NCBI GenBank assembly: GCA_963808845.1
Contig: CAWEHD010000002.1
Span: 35,676-59,675, forward strand
Direction: 5' to 3'
From: an uncultured Rubrobacteraceae bacterium
Lineage (GTDB): Bacteria; Actinomycetota; Rubrobacteria; Rubrobacterales; Rubrobacteraceae
Length of the DNA: 24,000 bases
The notes beneath the pieces were generated by a model, which saw nothing but the letters and a program-made list of their open reading frames with translations, searched no databases and was not told the DNA's origin. The position numbers and the translations under genes were made by a program. Positions 9,974 to 17,556 of the stretch are shown one piece after another (the stretch's first letter is position 1; each line of letters opens with the position of its first letter).

Positions 9974-10328
9974 CAAGAGCGGCCCGAGCTCCCCCGCTTT
10001 ACTCGGCGGGTCAGTCGTTCTCGTCTGACGACTGGCTCTCCCTAAGCTGTAGTCAGCCTCCGCGGCCTCTCCTTCGGTAGCCTGCAACGTAGGATCACAA
10101 GCCCCGCCGCTTACACTTCTCCCGCGGCGAAAACAATAAATGCTTGCAACCCTTGCGCCCTGTCCACCCTACCAGGACGCGAGTTCCGCTAAATCATACG
10201 TCGTTGGCGCCCCTCATTCAACTGGAATGCACGCGTCGAAGGGGTCATCCCATCTCATGAAGTGCGTGACTCCTTCGTGCACCCCAGAGGACGGGACATC
10301 CGCTGCCAGAGTCGGCCCTCAACTCCTC

Positions 10329-10357
10329 TTGACAAGCGTCCCGAAGCGGCGTACTAT
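10329..10357 (+). promoter_or_regulatory. sigma-70-type promoter TTGACA-17 nt-TACTAT upstream of the padR operon
   Basis: Consensus -35 at 10329-10334, a 17-nt spacer, and -10 TACTAT at 10352-10357, about 65 nt upstream of the padR ATG. Confidence 0.5.
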
Positions 10358-10421
10358 GCCGTAGGATGATACATCGCGTGACGATGCAGCGATAGGCAGA
10401 GCGACGTAGAGGGGTGGTGTC

Positions 10422-10820
10422 ATGGGCAGTCAGGACGTGCCGGGGGAACGCTCGAGTGATCCGGAAGACCTTCTGCCCCTGACGCCCGTCGCGTTGAACG
10501 TCCTTTTGGCGCTGGCCGACGGGGAACGCCACGGCTACGCGATCATGCTGGAGGTGAGGGAGAGGACTGGCGGGAGGGTGCGGCTAGGGCCGGGCACGCT
10601 CTACGGGGCGATCAAGCGCCTGAAGGAGGGCGGCGTGATCGAGGAGTCCGGGCAGAGGCCCGACCCCGAGGCCGACGACGAGCGGCGCCGCTATTATCGC
10701 CTCAGCGGCTTCGGCGCCGAGGTCCTTGCGGCAGAGGTCGAAAGGCTCGACGCTCTGGTGCGCGCCGCGCGCCGCAAGGGCGCCTTCCCCGCGCCAAAGC
10801 CGAGCCCTGAGGGGGCGTGA
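10422..10820 (+). CDS. padR: PadR-family transcriptional regulator
   Basis: LTPVALNVLLALADGERHGYAIMLEV...LGPGTLYGAIKRLKEGGVIEE...RRYYRLSGFG is a winged-helix PadR signature. Confidence 0.9.
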   Translation: MGSQDVPGERSSDPEDLLPLTPVALNVLLALADGERHGYAIMLEVRERTGGRVRLGPGTLYGAIKRLKEGGVIEESGQRPDPEADDERRRYYRLSGFGAEVLAAEVERLDALVRAARRKGAFPAPKPSPEGA

Positions 10821-11638
10821 TGGGCTCTTCTCCGAGGGGACCGCGGCACCAACGCGCTGTAGGGACCTCCGAGCGGGTCTACCGCTCGCTGCTGCGGGTC
10901 TACCCGCGCGAGCTTCGGGACGAGTACGGCGAGGAGATGGCCCGCTGTTTTCGGGAGCTGTGCCACGAGGAGTTGGAGGAAGGCGGCGGCTTGGGTCTGG
11001 CAGCGCTTTGGGCCCTCACCCTGCCGGAGTTGCTCTACAGCGCGCTCAAGGAGAGGAGCACTATGTTGGCCAGGAGGAACGCGTACCGAGCCGTCGTCGG
11101 CGTTGCACTCGCGACAGCATTCATATTGATGCTGCCCTTGTTGGCGATGCAGGTTACCGATGAAGTGGTCTGGGACCTGGCTGATTTCGTTATCGTCGGT
11201 GCCCTCATCTTCGGCACTGGTCTCACGTATGTGCTGGCAGCGAGGAAGGCGGGCAATATCGCGTATCGAGCCGCCGTGGGCGTTGCGCTCGCGGCAGCGC
11301 TCCTCCTCATCTGGTTGAACCTTGCCGTTGGCGTAATCGGGACTGAGAACGACCTCGCCAACTCGATGTATGTCGGGGTGCTCGGCGTCGGGATCATCGG
11401 TGCCATCATCGCGCGCTTCCGGCCACCTGGAATGGCACGCGCGCTGTTGGCTACGGCGCTGGCTCAGGCGTTGGTCGCCGTGATCGCGCTGATGTTCGGG
11501 TTGGGCTCGCGGTGGAGTCCGCCGGTAGAGATCTTGGCCCTAAACGGGTTCTTCGTCTCGGTGTTTGTCGGATCGGCGTTGTTGTTTCGGCATGCTGGGC
11601 GGGAGCAAACTCCCGCGGGCGCGGGGCAGGAGGGTTGA
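10817..11638 (+). CDS. PadR-associated multi-pass membrane protein
   Basis: Start (GTG 10817 or ATG 10820) overlaps the padR stop. The cytoplasmic N-terminus YRSLLRVYPRELRDEYGEEM is followed by several hydrophobic helices. Internal duplication: NAYRAVVGVALATAF vs NIAYRAAVGVALAAAL. Confidence 0.7.
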   Translation: MMGSSPRGPRHQRAVGTSERVYRSLLRVYPRELRDEYGEEMARCFRELCHEELEEGGGLGLAALWALTLPELLYSALKERSTMLARRNAYRAVVGVALATAFILMLPLLAMQVTDEVVWDLADFVIVGALIFGTGLTYVLAARKAGNIAYRAAVGVALAAALLLIWLNLAVGVIGTENDLANSMYVGVLGVGIIGAIIARFRPPGMARALLATALAQALVAVIALMFGLGSRWSPPVEILALNGFFVSVFVGSALLFRHAGREQTPAGAGQEG

Positions 11639-11725
11639 CCTTTCGTTCGTGAGGGAGCTCGTCCGGCCCCTCTACGCAGGGGGAGGCAGGCCTTCTGTGG
11701 ACCCGGTCGTCTTCTTCAAGTGTTT
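11637..11725 (+). mobile_element. remnant of an IS5/IS1182-type (DUF772) transposase N-terminus
   Basis: DLSFVRELVRPLYAGGGRPSVDPVVFFK matches the conserved N-terminal transposase motif. Only about 28 codons are present and nothing of the DDE domain follows. Confidence 0.45.
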
Positions 11726-11853
11726 TTCAACAGCTGACCTCTTCCACGCACTCGGGTGAATCGCACCTTGCTCTCGATCTCGTCGCTGTCGGCTGTCTCA
11801 TGGTCCAGCGGGAACAGGATGGACAACAGCGCGAACCCGGCGAGACACTCCGG

Positions 11854-12885
11854 CTAATTTCTTGGCCTGGCGGGCAGTCCCGCGAAGAAGAGTCGGCCAG
11901 CGCGGCGCCATCCGAGCGGGGTGGCACCGTGGGCGCGCCTGAAGGTCCTCGCGAAGTAGCCCGAGTCTCCGAAGCCGACCCTCCTGCCGACCTCCTCCAC
12001 GGGGAGGTCCGTTCCGACCAGGAGGCGCCGCGCCTCGGCCATGCGGCGCTCCGTGATCCACTCCAGGACGGTCCTCCCCGTCTTGCGCCCGACGACGGTG
12101 GTGAGGTGCCCGGCCGAGAGGCCCACCGCCCTGGCCACGTCCTTGAGTGAGATCGGCTCGCCGTAACGCTCCTCGATGAAGCCGAAGACCTCCGCGAGCA
12201 GGGGCTCGTCCCTGAGCCTGAGGTCCCCCACGACATCCGCCGCGAGGCGCGACACCTCCACGAGTAGGAGCCTCAGGTGCGCCAGCGCCGCCTCCCGATA
12301 GCCGTCGCGCCTCCGGCTCATCTCCAGGTCCAAGGCAGAGAAGCGTTCGGACCACGAGTCTTGCTCCTCGAGTGGCACCTTCAGGCGCTGGGCGCCCCCC
12401 ACGAAGGGGAAGAGCAGCGGGTGGGCGCGCCAGGAGAGGAAGGAGCCGGGTGCCTGATCCCCGAGGGCCTCGGGCGGGAAGAAGACCCTCCAGCCCCGCG
12501 CTCCTACCGGGCCGTCGTTATCTTCGCCGATCCCCACCACTTCGCCGGGGGCGATGATGTACGCGTCCCCGGTCTCCACGGGCCACTCCCGCTCCCCCAG
12601 GCGCAATGAGCCGCCGCCCCGCTCGAAGTAGAAGAGCAGGAGGAAGTCGTGGGAGTGGGGGCGCCGTTGGGCATGAGCGTCCCGTGGCCTGTCCGGTGTC
12701 CCGTCAGTCGATCCTTCCGGCGGCTCCCTGCCGCCCAGCCTTGCGACGCTCACGGGAGGCACGCCGGGCACCGCCTCGTAGGTGTAAACTGGCGGACTGT
12801 CCCCGCCTCTGCCCAGCATCCTCGTCGTGCCCAAAACCCGATCCTCGCCTTCCCTGTATTGCGACGCCTGCGACCGTTCGCCCAT
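11854..12885 (-). CDS. AraC-family transcriptional regulator (cupin-like N-domain plus HTH)
   Basis: C-terminal LKDVARAVGLSAGHLTTVVGRKTGRTVLEWITERRMAEARRLLVGTDLPVEEVGRRVGFGDSGYFARTFRR. Start ATG at 12885 (or 12819). The rest of ORF 11854..13533 overlaps the methyltransferase antisense. Confidence 0.85.
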   Translation of the reverse strand: MGERSQASQYREGEDRVLGTTRMLGRGGDSPPVYTYEAVPGVPPVSVARLGGREPPEGSTDGTPDRPRDAHAQRRPHSHDFLLLFYFERGGGSLRLGEREWPVETGDAYIIAPGEVVGIGEDNDGPVGARGWRVFFPPEALGDQAPGSFLSWRAHPLLFPFVGGAQRLKVPLEEQDSWSERFSALDLEMSRRRDGYREAALAHLRLLLVEVSRLAADVVGDLRLRDEPLLAEVFGFIEERYGEPISLKDVARAVGLSAGHLTTVVGRKTGRTVLEWITERRMAEARRLLVGTDLPVEEVGRRVGFGDSGYFARTFRRAHGATPLGWRRAGRLFFAGLPARPRN

Positions 12886-12947
12886 GATAAACCGAATATC
12901 GTCCCATAAAGTCCAAAGATGTGCCCTTTGAGACTCCAGACTCACCC

Positions 12948-12968
12948 TCGATACTGGTCTTGTATCGA
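12948..12968. promoter_or_regulatory. inverted repeat TCGATAC-N7-GTATCGA in the AraC/methyltransferase divergent intergenic region
   Basis: Perfect 7-bp arms, seen directly, in a locally AT-richer stretch between divergent genes. Confidence 0.25.
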
Positions 12969-13159
12969 AAGATAGTCTTGCACATCCGGAAAGGACGGAG
13001 ATGAGCACGATCAAGGGTGACCATCGGAGGACACACGCCCCGCACGCGGGGCACAACCCGCCGCGCCGATGACACCTTCCACGGGTTGGCGAAACAAGAC
13101 GCAGAGGATGAGGTCGCGGCGGCGACTGCAGTAGAGCGCGACCTAGGGAGGGCCGCCGG

Positions 13160-13873
13160 ATGAATGCTCGTACCAACGGGGGTTTATACGACGCTCCAAT
13201 GACTGATGCCGATGGTGGAGTCGGCGCCTTCGTCCGCTCGTGGTTGCCTGCCCCGCCGGCCCGGGTGCTGGAGATCGGCTGCGGGGACGGGAGGCTGGCC
13301 CTGGCGCTGGCCGAGGAAGGCTGGCTGGTGACGGCCGTGGACCCGGCCGCACCGGAAGGCGAGCCCTTTATCCGGGGCGCCATCGAGGATCTCGAGCCGT
13401 CGGAGCACGGGATCTTCGACGCGGCGGTGGCGGTGCTCTCGCTGCACCATCTCCATGATCTCGGGGTAGCGCTGGACAGGGTACGCTCGCTGCTGGGGCC
13501 CGGCGCGGTATTTATCGTCGATGAGTTCAGCAAGGAAGTGCTCGGAGACGAGGCGACGGCCGCCTACTCCTTCTACCAGCGGCTTGCCCTGCTGCATGGC
13601 GGTTATAGCTCCGTCAATCCCAGCGCCGGCGCGGTGTACGAGGAGGACTCGTTCGAGGGCTGGCGCTCAAGGTTCAGCAGGTACTGGGAACACATCCACG
13701 AGGGGCGGAAGATCCTTTCCGCTCTGGAGGCGAGGTTCGAAGGACAGGAGGTGGCATTCGGTCCCTTTCTCTTCCGTGACGGACTGGGCCCGGACCTCGA
13801 GCCGCTCGAGAGACGGCTCATAGAAGGAGGCGGGATACGCCCGGTTGGCTTTCGCTGGCTAGGCACCGCCTGA
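13160..13873 (+). CDS. class I SAM-dependent methyltransferase
   Basis: Motif I VLEIGCGDGRLALALAEEG, then VTAVDP and GAVFIVDEF. Shine-Dalgarno GGGAGGG lies about 8 nt upstream of the ATG. Confidence 0.8.
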   Translation: MNARTNGGLYDAPMTDADGGVGAFVRSWLPAPPARVLEIGCGDGRLALALAEEGWLVTAVDPAAPEGEPFIRGAIEDLEPSEHGIFDAAVAVLSLHHLHDLGVALDRVRSLLGPGAVFIVDEFSKEVLGDEATAAYSFYQRLALLHGGYSSVNPSAGAVYEEDSFEGWRSRFSRYWEHIHEGRKILSALEARFEGQEVAFGPFLFRDGLGPDLEPLERRLIEGGGIRPVGFRWLGTA

Positions 13874-13963
13874 GCGGACTCGGTAGCGCCAGTCGGGGCG
13901 CCCGGGGTCATTCCGGCCGGGCCGCATGCGCCGTTGAAGCCGGCACCGGTCTGCGCTCTCGCC

Positions 13964-14017
13964 ATGAAACTCAGCAGTAAGAGCAAGTACGCCGTAAGGG
14001 CGCTCACCGCTTTTGCT
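13964..14017 (+). pseudogene. 5' fragment of an Rrf2-family regulator gene, truncated by the TnpB element
   Basis: MKLSSKSKYAVRALTAFA resembles the canonical Rrf2 N-terminus (MKLS.K.RYA.RAL). Similarity stops where the IS left-end hairpin begins. Confidence 0.4.
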
Positions 14018-14037
14018 CCGAGGAAGCCTCCCGCTTT
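14017..14037 (+). repeat. left-end subterminal hairpin CCTCCCGC-TTTA-GCGGAGAGG
   Basis: 8-bp stem with one bulged A and a TTTA loop. Same core as the right-end hairpin. Confidence 0.6.
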
Positions 14038-14123
14038 AGCGGAGAGGAGGAATCGGAGCCACACAAACGATAGTTCATGGGAAAACCTCCGTGGTTGTGT
14101 AGACTCGTCATCATGGTGACAAT

Positions 14124-15275
14124 ATGAAACTTGCAGTGCTGGTAACGCTGCTCCCTTCTAGATCCCAGCGCGGGGCTTTGCTTGCGACGCTGCGCCGCGT
14201 CAACGAGGCGTGCGATTACGCATCTGCGGTTGCCTGGGATAAGGGCACGTACGGCAACAAGTACCGGCTTCAGCAGGCAACGTACCACGACATTAAGGAG
14301 CGCTTCGGGCTTACCGCGCAGGTGGTCATACGCCTGCTCGCTAAGGTTGCCGATGCGTACAAGCTCGATAGGCGCACTAGGCGTACGTTTAGGCCGCTCG
14401 GGGCTATCGCCTACGATGATCGCATCTTGCGCTGGTACAGCGAAGCTAACGAGGTTTCGATCTGGACTACCGAGGGTCGGCAGCGCATCCCGTTTGTTTG
14501 CGATGAGCGCACTCGTGCGTTGCTCGCCTCCCGCCGCGGTGAGTCCGATCTCGTGTACCGCGCCGGCAAGTGGTACCTGCTCGCAACGGTAGAGGTTGAG
14601 GAGCCGCCGTCGGGTACGCCGGAGGATTGGCTCGGCGTAGATCTCGGTGTATCTAACATCGCCTCCGATTCGGACGGGGAGACACACACCTCCGAGCGCG
14701 TAGAAAAGTCGCGCAAGCGGTACGAGCGGATACGCGGCAAGCTGCAAAAAGCGGGCACTAAATCGGCTAAGCGCCACCTCAAAAAGCTGTCCGGCAAGGA
14801 GCGCCGCTTCAAGCGCGATACAAACCATGTACTCAGCAAACGCATCGTAAGCAAGGCTAAACAGACCGACCGGGGTATAGCCCTCGAAGATCTCAAAGGC
14901 ATCCGGGAGCGCATCGGCAAGCGGCTTAGGAGATCGCAACGTGGTCGGCATAGTAAGTGGGCTTTCGGACAGCTTCGCGGCTTCCTGGAGTACAAGGCCC
15001 GACTGGCCGGGGTAGCGCTCGTGTGCGTCGATGCGGCCTATACCTCGCAAGCCTGCAACGAGTGCGGGTACTGCGATAAGGCAAACCGGCGTACGCAGAG
15101 CGAGTTCGTCTGTAAGGGGTGTGGACACGTTGCCCACGCCGATACCAACGCTGCGCTTAACATACGCAGCAGGGCATCCGTCATGGTGCCTATCGTCTCG
15201 GATACCGGCGGTGCTACTTATGCATCCTCGGGTTCGTCCAGGGACAAGCCCGCCGCTTTAGCGGTGGGTTCATGA
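14124..15275 (+). CDS. tnpB: TnpB RNA-guided endonuclease (IS200/IS605 OrfB), apparently intact
   Basis: 383 aa. Split RuvC triad candidates LGVDLGVSNIA (D), GIALEDLKGI (E) and HADTNAALNI (D). Zinc ribbon CNECGYC...CKGCGH. Confidence 0.9.
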   Translation: MKLAVLVTLLPSRSQRGALLATLRRVNEACDYASAVAWDKGTYGNKYRLQQATYHDIKERFGLTAQVVIRLLAKVADAYKLDRRTRRTFRPLGAIAYDDRILRWYSEANEVSIWTTEGRQRIPFVCDERTRALLASRRGESDLVYRAGKWYLLATVEVEEPPSGTPEDWLGVDLGVSNIASDSDGETHTSERVEKSRKRYERIRGKLQKAGTKSAKRHLKKLSGKERRFKRDTNHVLSKRIVSKAKQTDRGIALEDLKGIRERIGKRLRRSQRGRHSKWAFGQLRGFLEYKARLAGVALVCVDAAYTSQACNECGYCDKANRRTQSEFVCKGCGHVAHADTNAALNIRSRASVMVPIVSDTGGATYASSGSSRDKPAALAVGS

Positions 15276-15280
15276 CTTTG
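15100..15280 (+). ncRNA. predicted omega-RNA (reRNA) scaffold overlapping the tnpB 3' end and right end
   Basis: Placed only from the known architecture of TnpB elements. The right-end hairpin at 15249-15268 lies inside it. No independent structural proof from sequence alone. Confidence 0.3.
15249..15268 (+). repeat. right-end subterminal hairpin CCCGCCGC-TTTA-GCGGTGGG
   Basis: 8-bp stem (one G-T pair) and a TTTA loop. It lies about 10-15 nt before the point where MFS homology resumes on the flank. Confidence 0.6.
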
Positions 15281-15450
15281 GCTACGGAGCCGAAGGCCAG
15301 GGCGGGTATCGCCGCGGACCCAGCCGCCTGCAATGCCCTGCCCGCGACTAGTACCCAGAAGCTCGGCGCCGGAGCGCATACCAGAGGACCCGCCGCGAAT
15401 ACAACCAAGGCTAGCGAGAAGGTCTTCCTCATAGGGGTAAAGGACTTCGA
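15280..15450 (-). pseudogene. internal fragment of an MFS transporter gene
   Basis: RKTFSLALVVFAAGPLVCAPAPSFWVLVAGRALQAAGSAAIPALAFGSVAK matches the TM2-TM4 region of MFS proteins (ARALQG.G.A motif). Both the N-terminal and C-terminal remainders are absent. Confidence 0.5.
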
Positions 15451-15722
15451 GTACATTTTCCCTCTATGATAGGCACGCCGACGACCTCCAGTAACCTTAT
15501 GTACCGTAGCTTCAAGCCGACTCTCAAGCGCTCTGGACTACCCCAAAAAGTTTCCACGATCTCAGACATACCTGTGCTACTATTCGCTTCATGAAGGGTC
15601 AGCATCCCAAACGTGTGCAGGAGCTTCTAAGCTACGTGAGCACAACCATGACCATGGACATCTACAGCCACGTGGTCCCCGGAATGGGCGACGACAAAGG
15701 CATAATGGATGATCTCTGGTGA
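15445..15722 (+). pseudogene. 3' fragment of a tyrosine recombinase/integrase gene, with one frameshift
   Basis: VHFPSMIGTPTTSSNLMYRSFKPTLKRSGLPQK reads in one frame. SFHDLRHTCATIRFMKGQHPKRVQELLSYVSTTMTMDIYSHVVPGMG...W* reads in another. The switch is in CCCCAAAAAG at about 15545-15552. Stop at 15720-15722, 56 nt before the tRNA. Confidence 0.6.
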
Positions 15723-15778
15723 ACTACTGCTGACACGGAGGTTTGCGGAGGCAAGAATCTCGCATACCCAAGCTTAAT

Positions 15779-15851
15779 GCGCCTGTAGCTCAGGGGATAG
15801 AGCAGCGGTTTCCTAAACCGCGAGTCGGAGGTTCGAATCCTTCCAGGCGCG
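15779..15851 (+). tRNA. tRNA-Arg (anticodon CCT)
   Basis: Cloverleaf by hand: acceptor GCGCCTG/CAGGCGC, D arm GCTC-AGGGGATA-GAGC, anticodon arm GCGGT-TTCCTAA-ACCGC, variable loop GAGTC, T arm GGAGG-TTCGAAT-CCTTC, discriminator G. CCA is not encoded. Confidence 0.9.
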
Positions 15852-15853
15852 CT
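15806..15853 (+). repeat. 48-bp direct repeat copy 1 (3' part of tRNA-Arg), attL-like
   Basis: CGGTTTCCTAAACCGCGAGTCGGAGGTTCGAATCCTTCCAGGCGCGCT is identical to 22730-22777. Confidence 0.9.
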
Positions 15854-15914
15854 ACCAAAGTTCCTGCAAAACTCCAGAAAATAGGAATGTTCCGGTTGCA
15901 CACGAGACATCTCT

Positions 15915-16440
15915 ACAGTCCAACACGAGCAAGCGCTTATCCTCCACGCCCTCGTCGAAGACCACCGTCTCGCCTTCTTGTTCTCGCCCTCGAGGCGATC
16001 CCTGACCGCGTAGATGAGCCCCTCGCCGCTTGAGAGGCCGTGGAGCACCCGCTCGTCGATCCACCGTTTGTCAGCGGCCCGCATAAGTTCACGGGGGAAT
16101 CCCCAGCTCATACCTTTCCTGCCCTTCGAGGTGTCGCCTACGAGGACGACGTTGAGCTTAAGGTGATGGAGGTCGGCTCCAACCCTGAAGTACGCCCCAC
16201 GTCCGATGGCGTTGCCGAAGGCCGCGAGTAAGCTGGTGAGCATCGCCACCGGGTCAGCCTCGGTGTGAGGCTCGATCTCGGCGACGATGTCGCCAGGCAG
16301 CCCCCCAGAGCTTCCTCAGCGAGAATAGGCCAGGACGGGGGATCGGGGAGAGACGCGAGGTAAGTGTCCGGCTCGCCCTCTCGGTCGCCTACCTCGGCCA
16401 CTACGGAGGCCGGGGCGCGAAGAGCATCGAAAGGTTCCAT
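15915..16440 (-). pseudogene. DUF3987 (YfjI/primase-helicase-associated) protein relic, two frameshifts and 3' truncation
   Basis: WPILAEEALGG / LPGDIVAEIEPHTEADPVAMLTSLLAAFGNAIGRGAYF...VLVGDTSKGRKGMSW...GLSSGEGLIYAVRDR / GETVVFDEGVEDKRLLVLD are read in three frames. Switches are at the C6 run 16301-16306 and at about 15973. Homology ends near 15915. Confidence 0.55.
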
Positions 16441-16627
16441 GATGCGACCATCATGCACCCACCGAGAGTTTTCCGCATCCTTTGCCACAAGCGGAGTTAA
16501 AACGCAAGCTAAGAGGTTCAGATAAACGAGAGCCCTGGCCGGCATCGTGGCCCTCGGGCGCCGGCTCAGTAGAAGCCGCTTAGGGTTGTCGTTTTTCGTG
16601 GGTGGACTTAGCAGGCTCCATACGAGC

Positions 16628-17182
16628 TTATAAGCCACCCCTTATCTTGCTGTCGAGCTGCTCAAGGAGCGTGTCGCGGCCCTTGGTACGCTCCTCGTAG
16701 TCGCGCACCATCCGAATCTCGTCTACCGAGAGGGAGCCCAGGCGCCCTGAAACCGCCTCCACGCTTAACTCGTCGTAACCCTCGATGGGAAAGCGGGCGG
16801 AGCGCAGACCTTCCTGGGCGTAAGAGAGTGGGATGTTGAACAGCTGCGTGTAGGTGTTGAGCACTTGCCGGGTCATCTCCTGGAACGCCTCTTGCTGCTG
16901 TTGAGCTTGCTGCTGGAAGGTCTGTTGCTGTTGGTGGACCTGTTCCATCAGCTGCTGAGCCGACTGTAGGACGGTTTGGTGCTGCTGGTCAGCCTGCCCC
17001 GCGAGGTAGGTGCCCGGGGTGCTAAGGAGCTGCATGTAGGTGTCCATCATCTCCTGGACCATCTTCTGGGAGGTCTGCTGTTCTTTCTGGATCTGCTCGG
17101 CCAGGGTCTGCAAAACACCGAGCCATTCCTCCCGGGCTCCTTCCGGAGCTCGCGCCTCCCTGCCCATGTTCCTCTCGAACAA
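16628..17182 (-). CDS. glutamine-rich coiled-coil-like hypothetical protein
   Basis: 184 aa. TTG start at 17182 preceded by GGAGAAGGA (or ATG at 17167). Q-rich helical core (QQQQTFQQQAQQQQEAFQ). C-terminal module PIEGYDELSVEAVSGRLGSLSVDEIRMVRDYEERTKGRDTLLEQL. Confidence 0.55.
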   Translation of the reverse strand: MFERNMGREARAPEGAREEWLGVLQTLAEQIQKEQQTSQKMVQEMMDTYMQLLSTPGTYLAGQADQQHQTVLQSAQQLMEQVHQQQQTFQQQAQQQQEAFQEMTRQVLNTYTQLFNIPLSYAQEGLRSARFPIEGYDELSVEAVSGRLGSLSVDEIRMVRDYEERTKGRDTLLEQLDSKIRGGL

Positions 17183-17491
17183 ATCCTTCTCCTCGCTAAG
17201 GCCACGTTTCTTCTATCTACGCTTCAGACTCCCGGGGTAGCTACTCGCGCAACAGCTTAAGGCCGCGCCCACCGTACGGTCGCCGACCAAAATATTCGGG
17301 CCGGTGAAGCCGCTCCTGTCAGGATTCGGCGATCGCCAGCCCGAGCAACAGACCCTGATCGTGCCACAACGCCAGTGCCTGTGGCTAGTTGTCTATCTTC
17401 CTGTACAGTGGCCCTTACCTCCTGCTAGAGGACAACGACACACCAGTATTGTAGCACACATTACTAATACCACGACCCCACTCCTCCTGGT

Positions 17492-17512
17492 GGCGACGCA
17501 TCGCCTTCTTTT
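17492..17512 (+). terminator. terminator-like hairpin GGCGA-CGCA-TCGCC followed by TTCTTTT, with no upstream plus-strand CDS
   Basis: Seen directly. The stem is short (5 bp), so the call is weak. Confidence 0.25.
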
Positions 17513-17556
17513 ATCCTACCCTTATAGACTACGGAACCGAAAAAGCAGAGGGAGCC

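Larger units (their letters stand above)
14005..15280 (+). mobile_element. IS200/IS605-family element carrying only tnpB (no tnpA); ends approximate (+/-15 bp)
   Basis: Both ends carry a subterminal hairpin with the shared core CCGCTTTAGCGG. The flanks are unrelated gene fragments (Rrf2 on the left, MFS on the right). Confidence 0.75.

Noticed and set aside
9974-10087. Longer start (ATG 10087) for the binding-lipoprotein gene
   Set aside because: It would add 38 polar residues in front of a perfect lipoprotein signal peptide, so the internal ATG at 9973 is preferred.
9974-10140. Possible glycine-riboswitch-like leader upstream of the betaine-binding protein gene (minus-strand GGGAGAG, hairpin AGTCGT...ACGACT, CCGCCGAG)
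   Set aside because: It has only loose resemblance. The conserved CGCCGAAGGAGCAA and CTCAGGCAAAAGGAC elements are absent, and I cannot build the two-aptamer structure.
11722-11733. 12-mer GTTTTTCAACAG shared between the transposase remnant and the IS110 5' arm (19545-19556)
   Set aside because: 12-mer matches are expected many times by chance in a window this size, and there is no extended similarity.
14004-15137. 377-aa minus-strand ORF opposite tnpB
   Set aside because: No recognisable domain. It fully overlaps a gene with clear TnpB motifs on the other strand, so it is a GC-driven shadow ORF.
15662-15900. C-terminal half of ORF 15662..16249, running antisense through the tRNA
   Set aside because: DUF3987 similarity stops and changes frame before this point. 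The remainder simply reads through the tRNA-Arg gene on the opposite strand.
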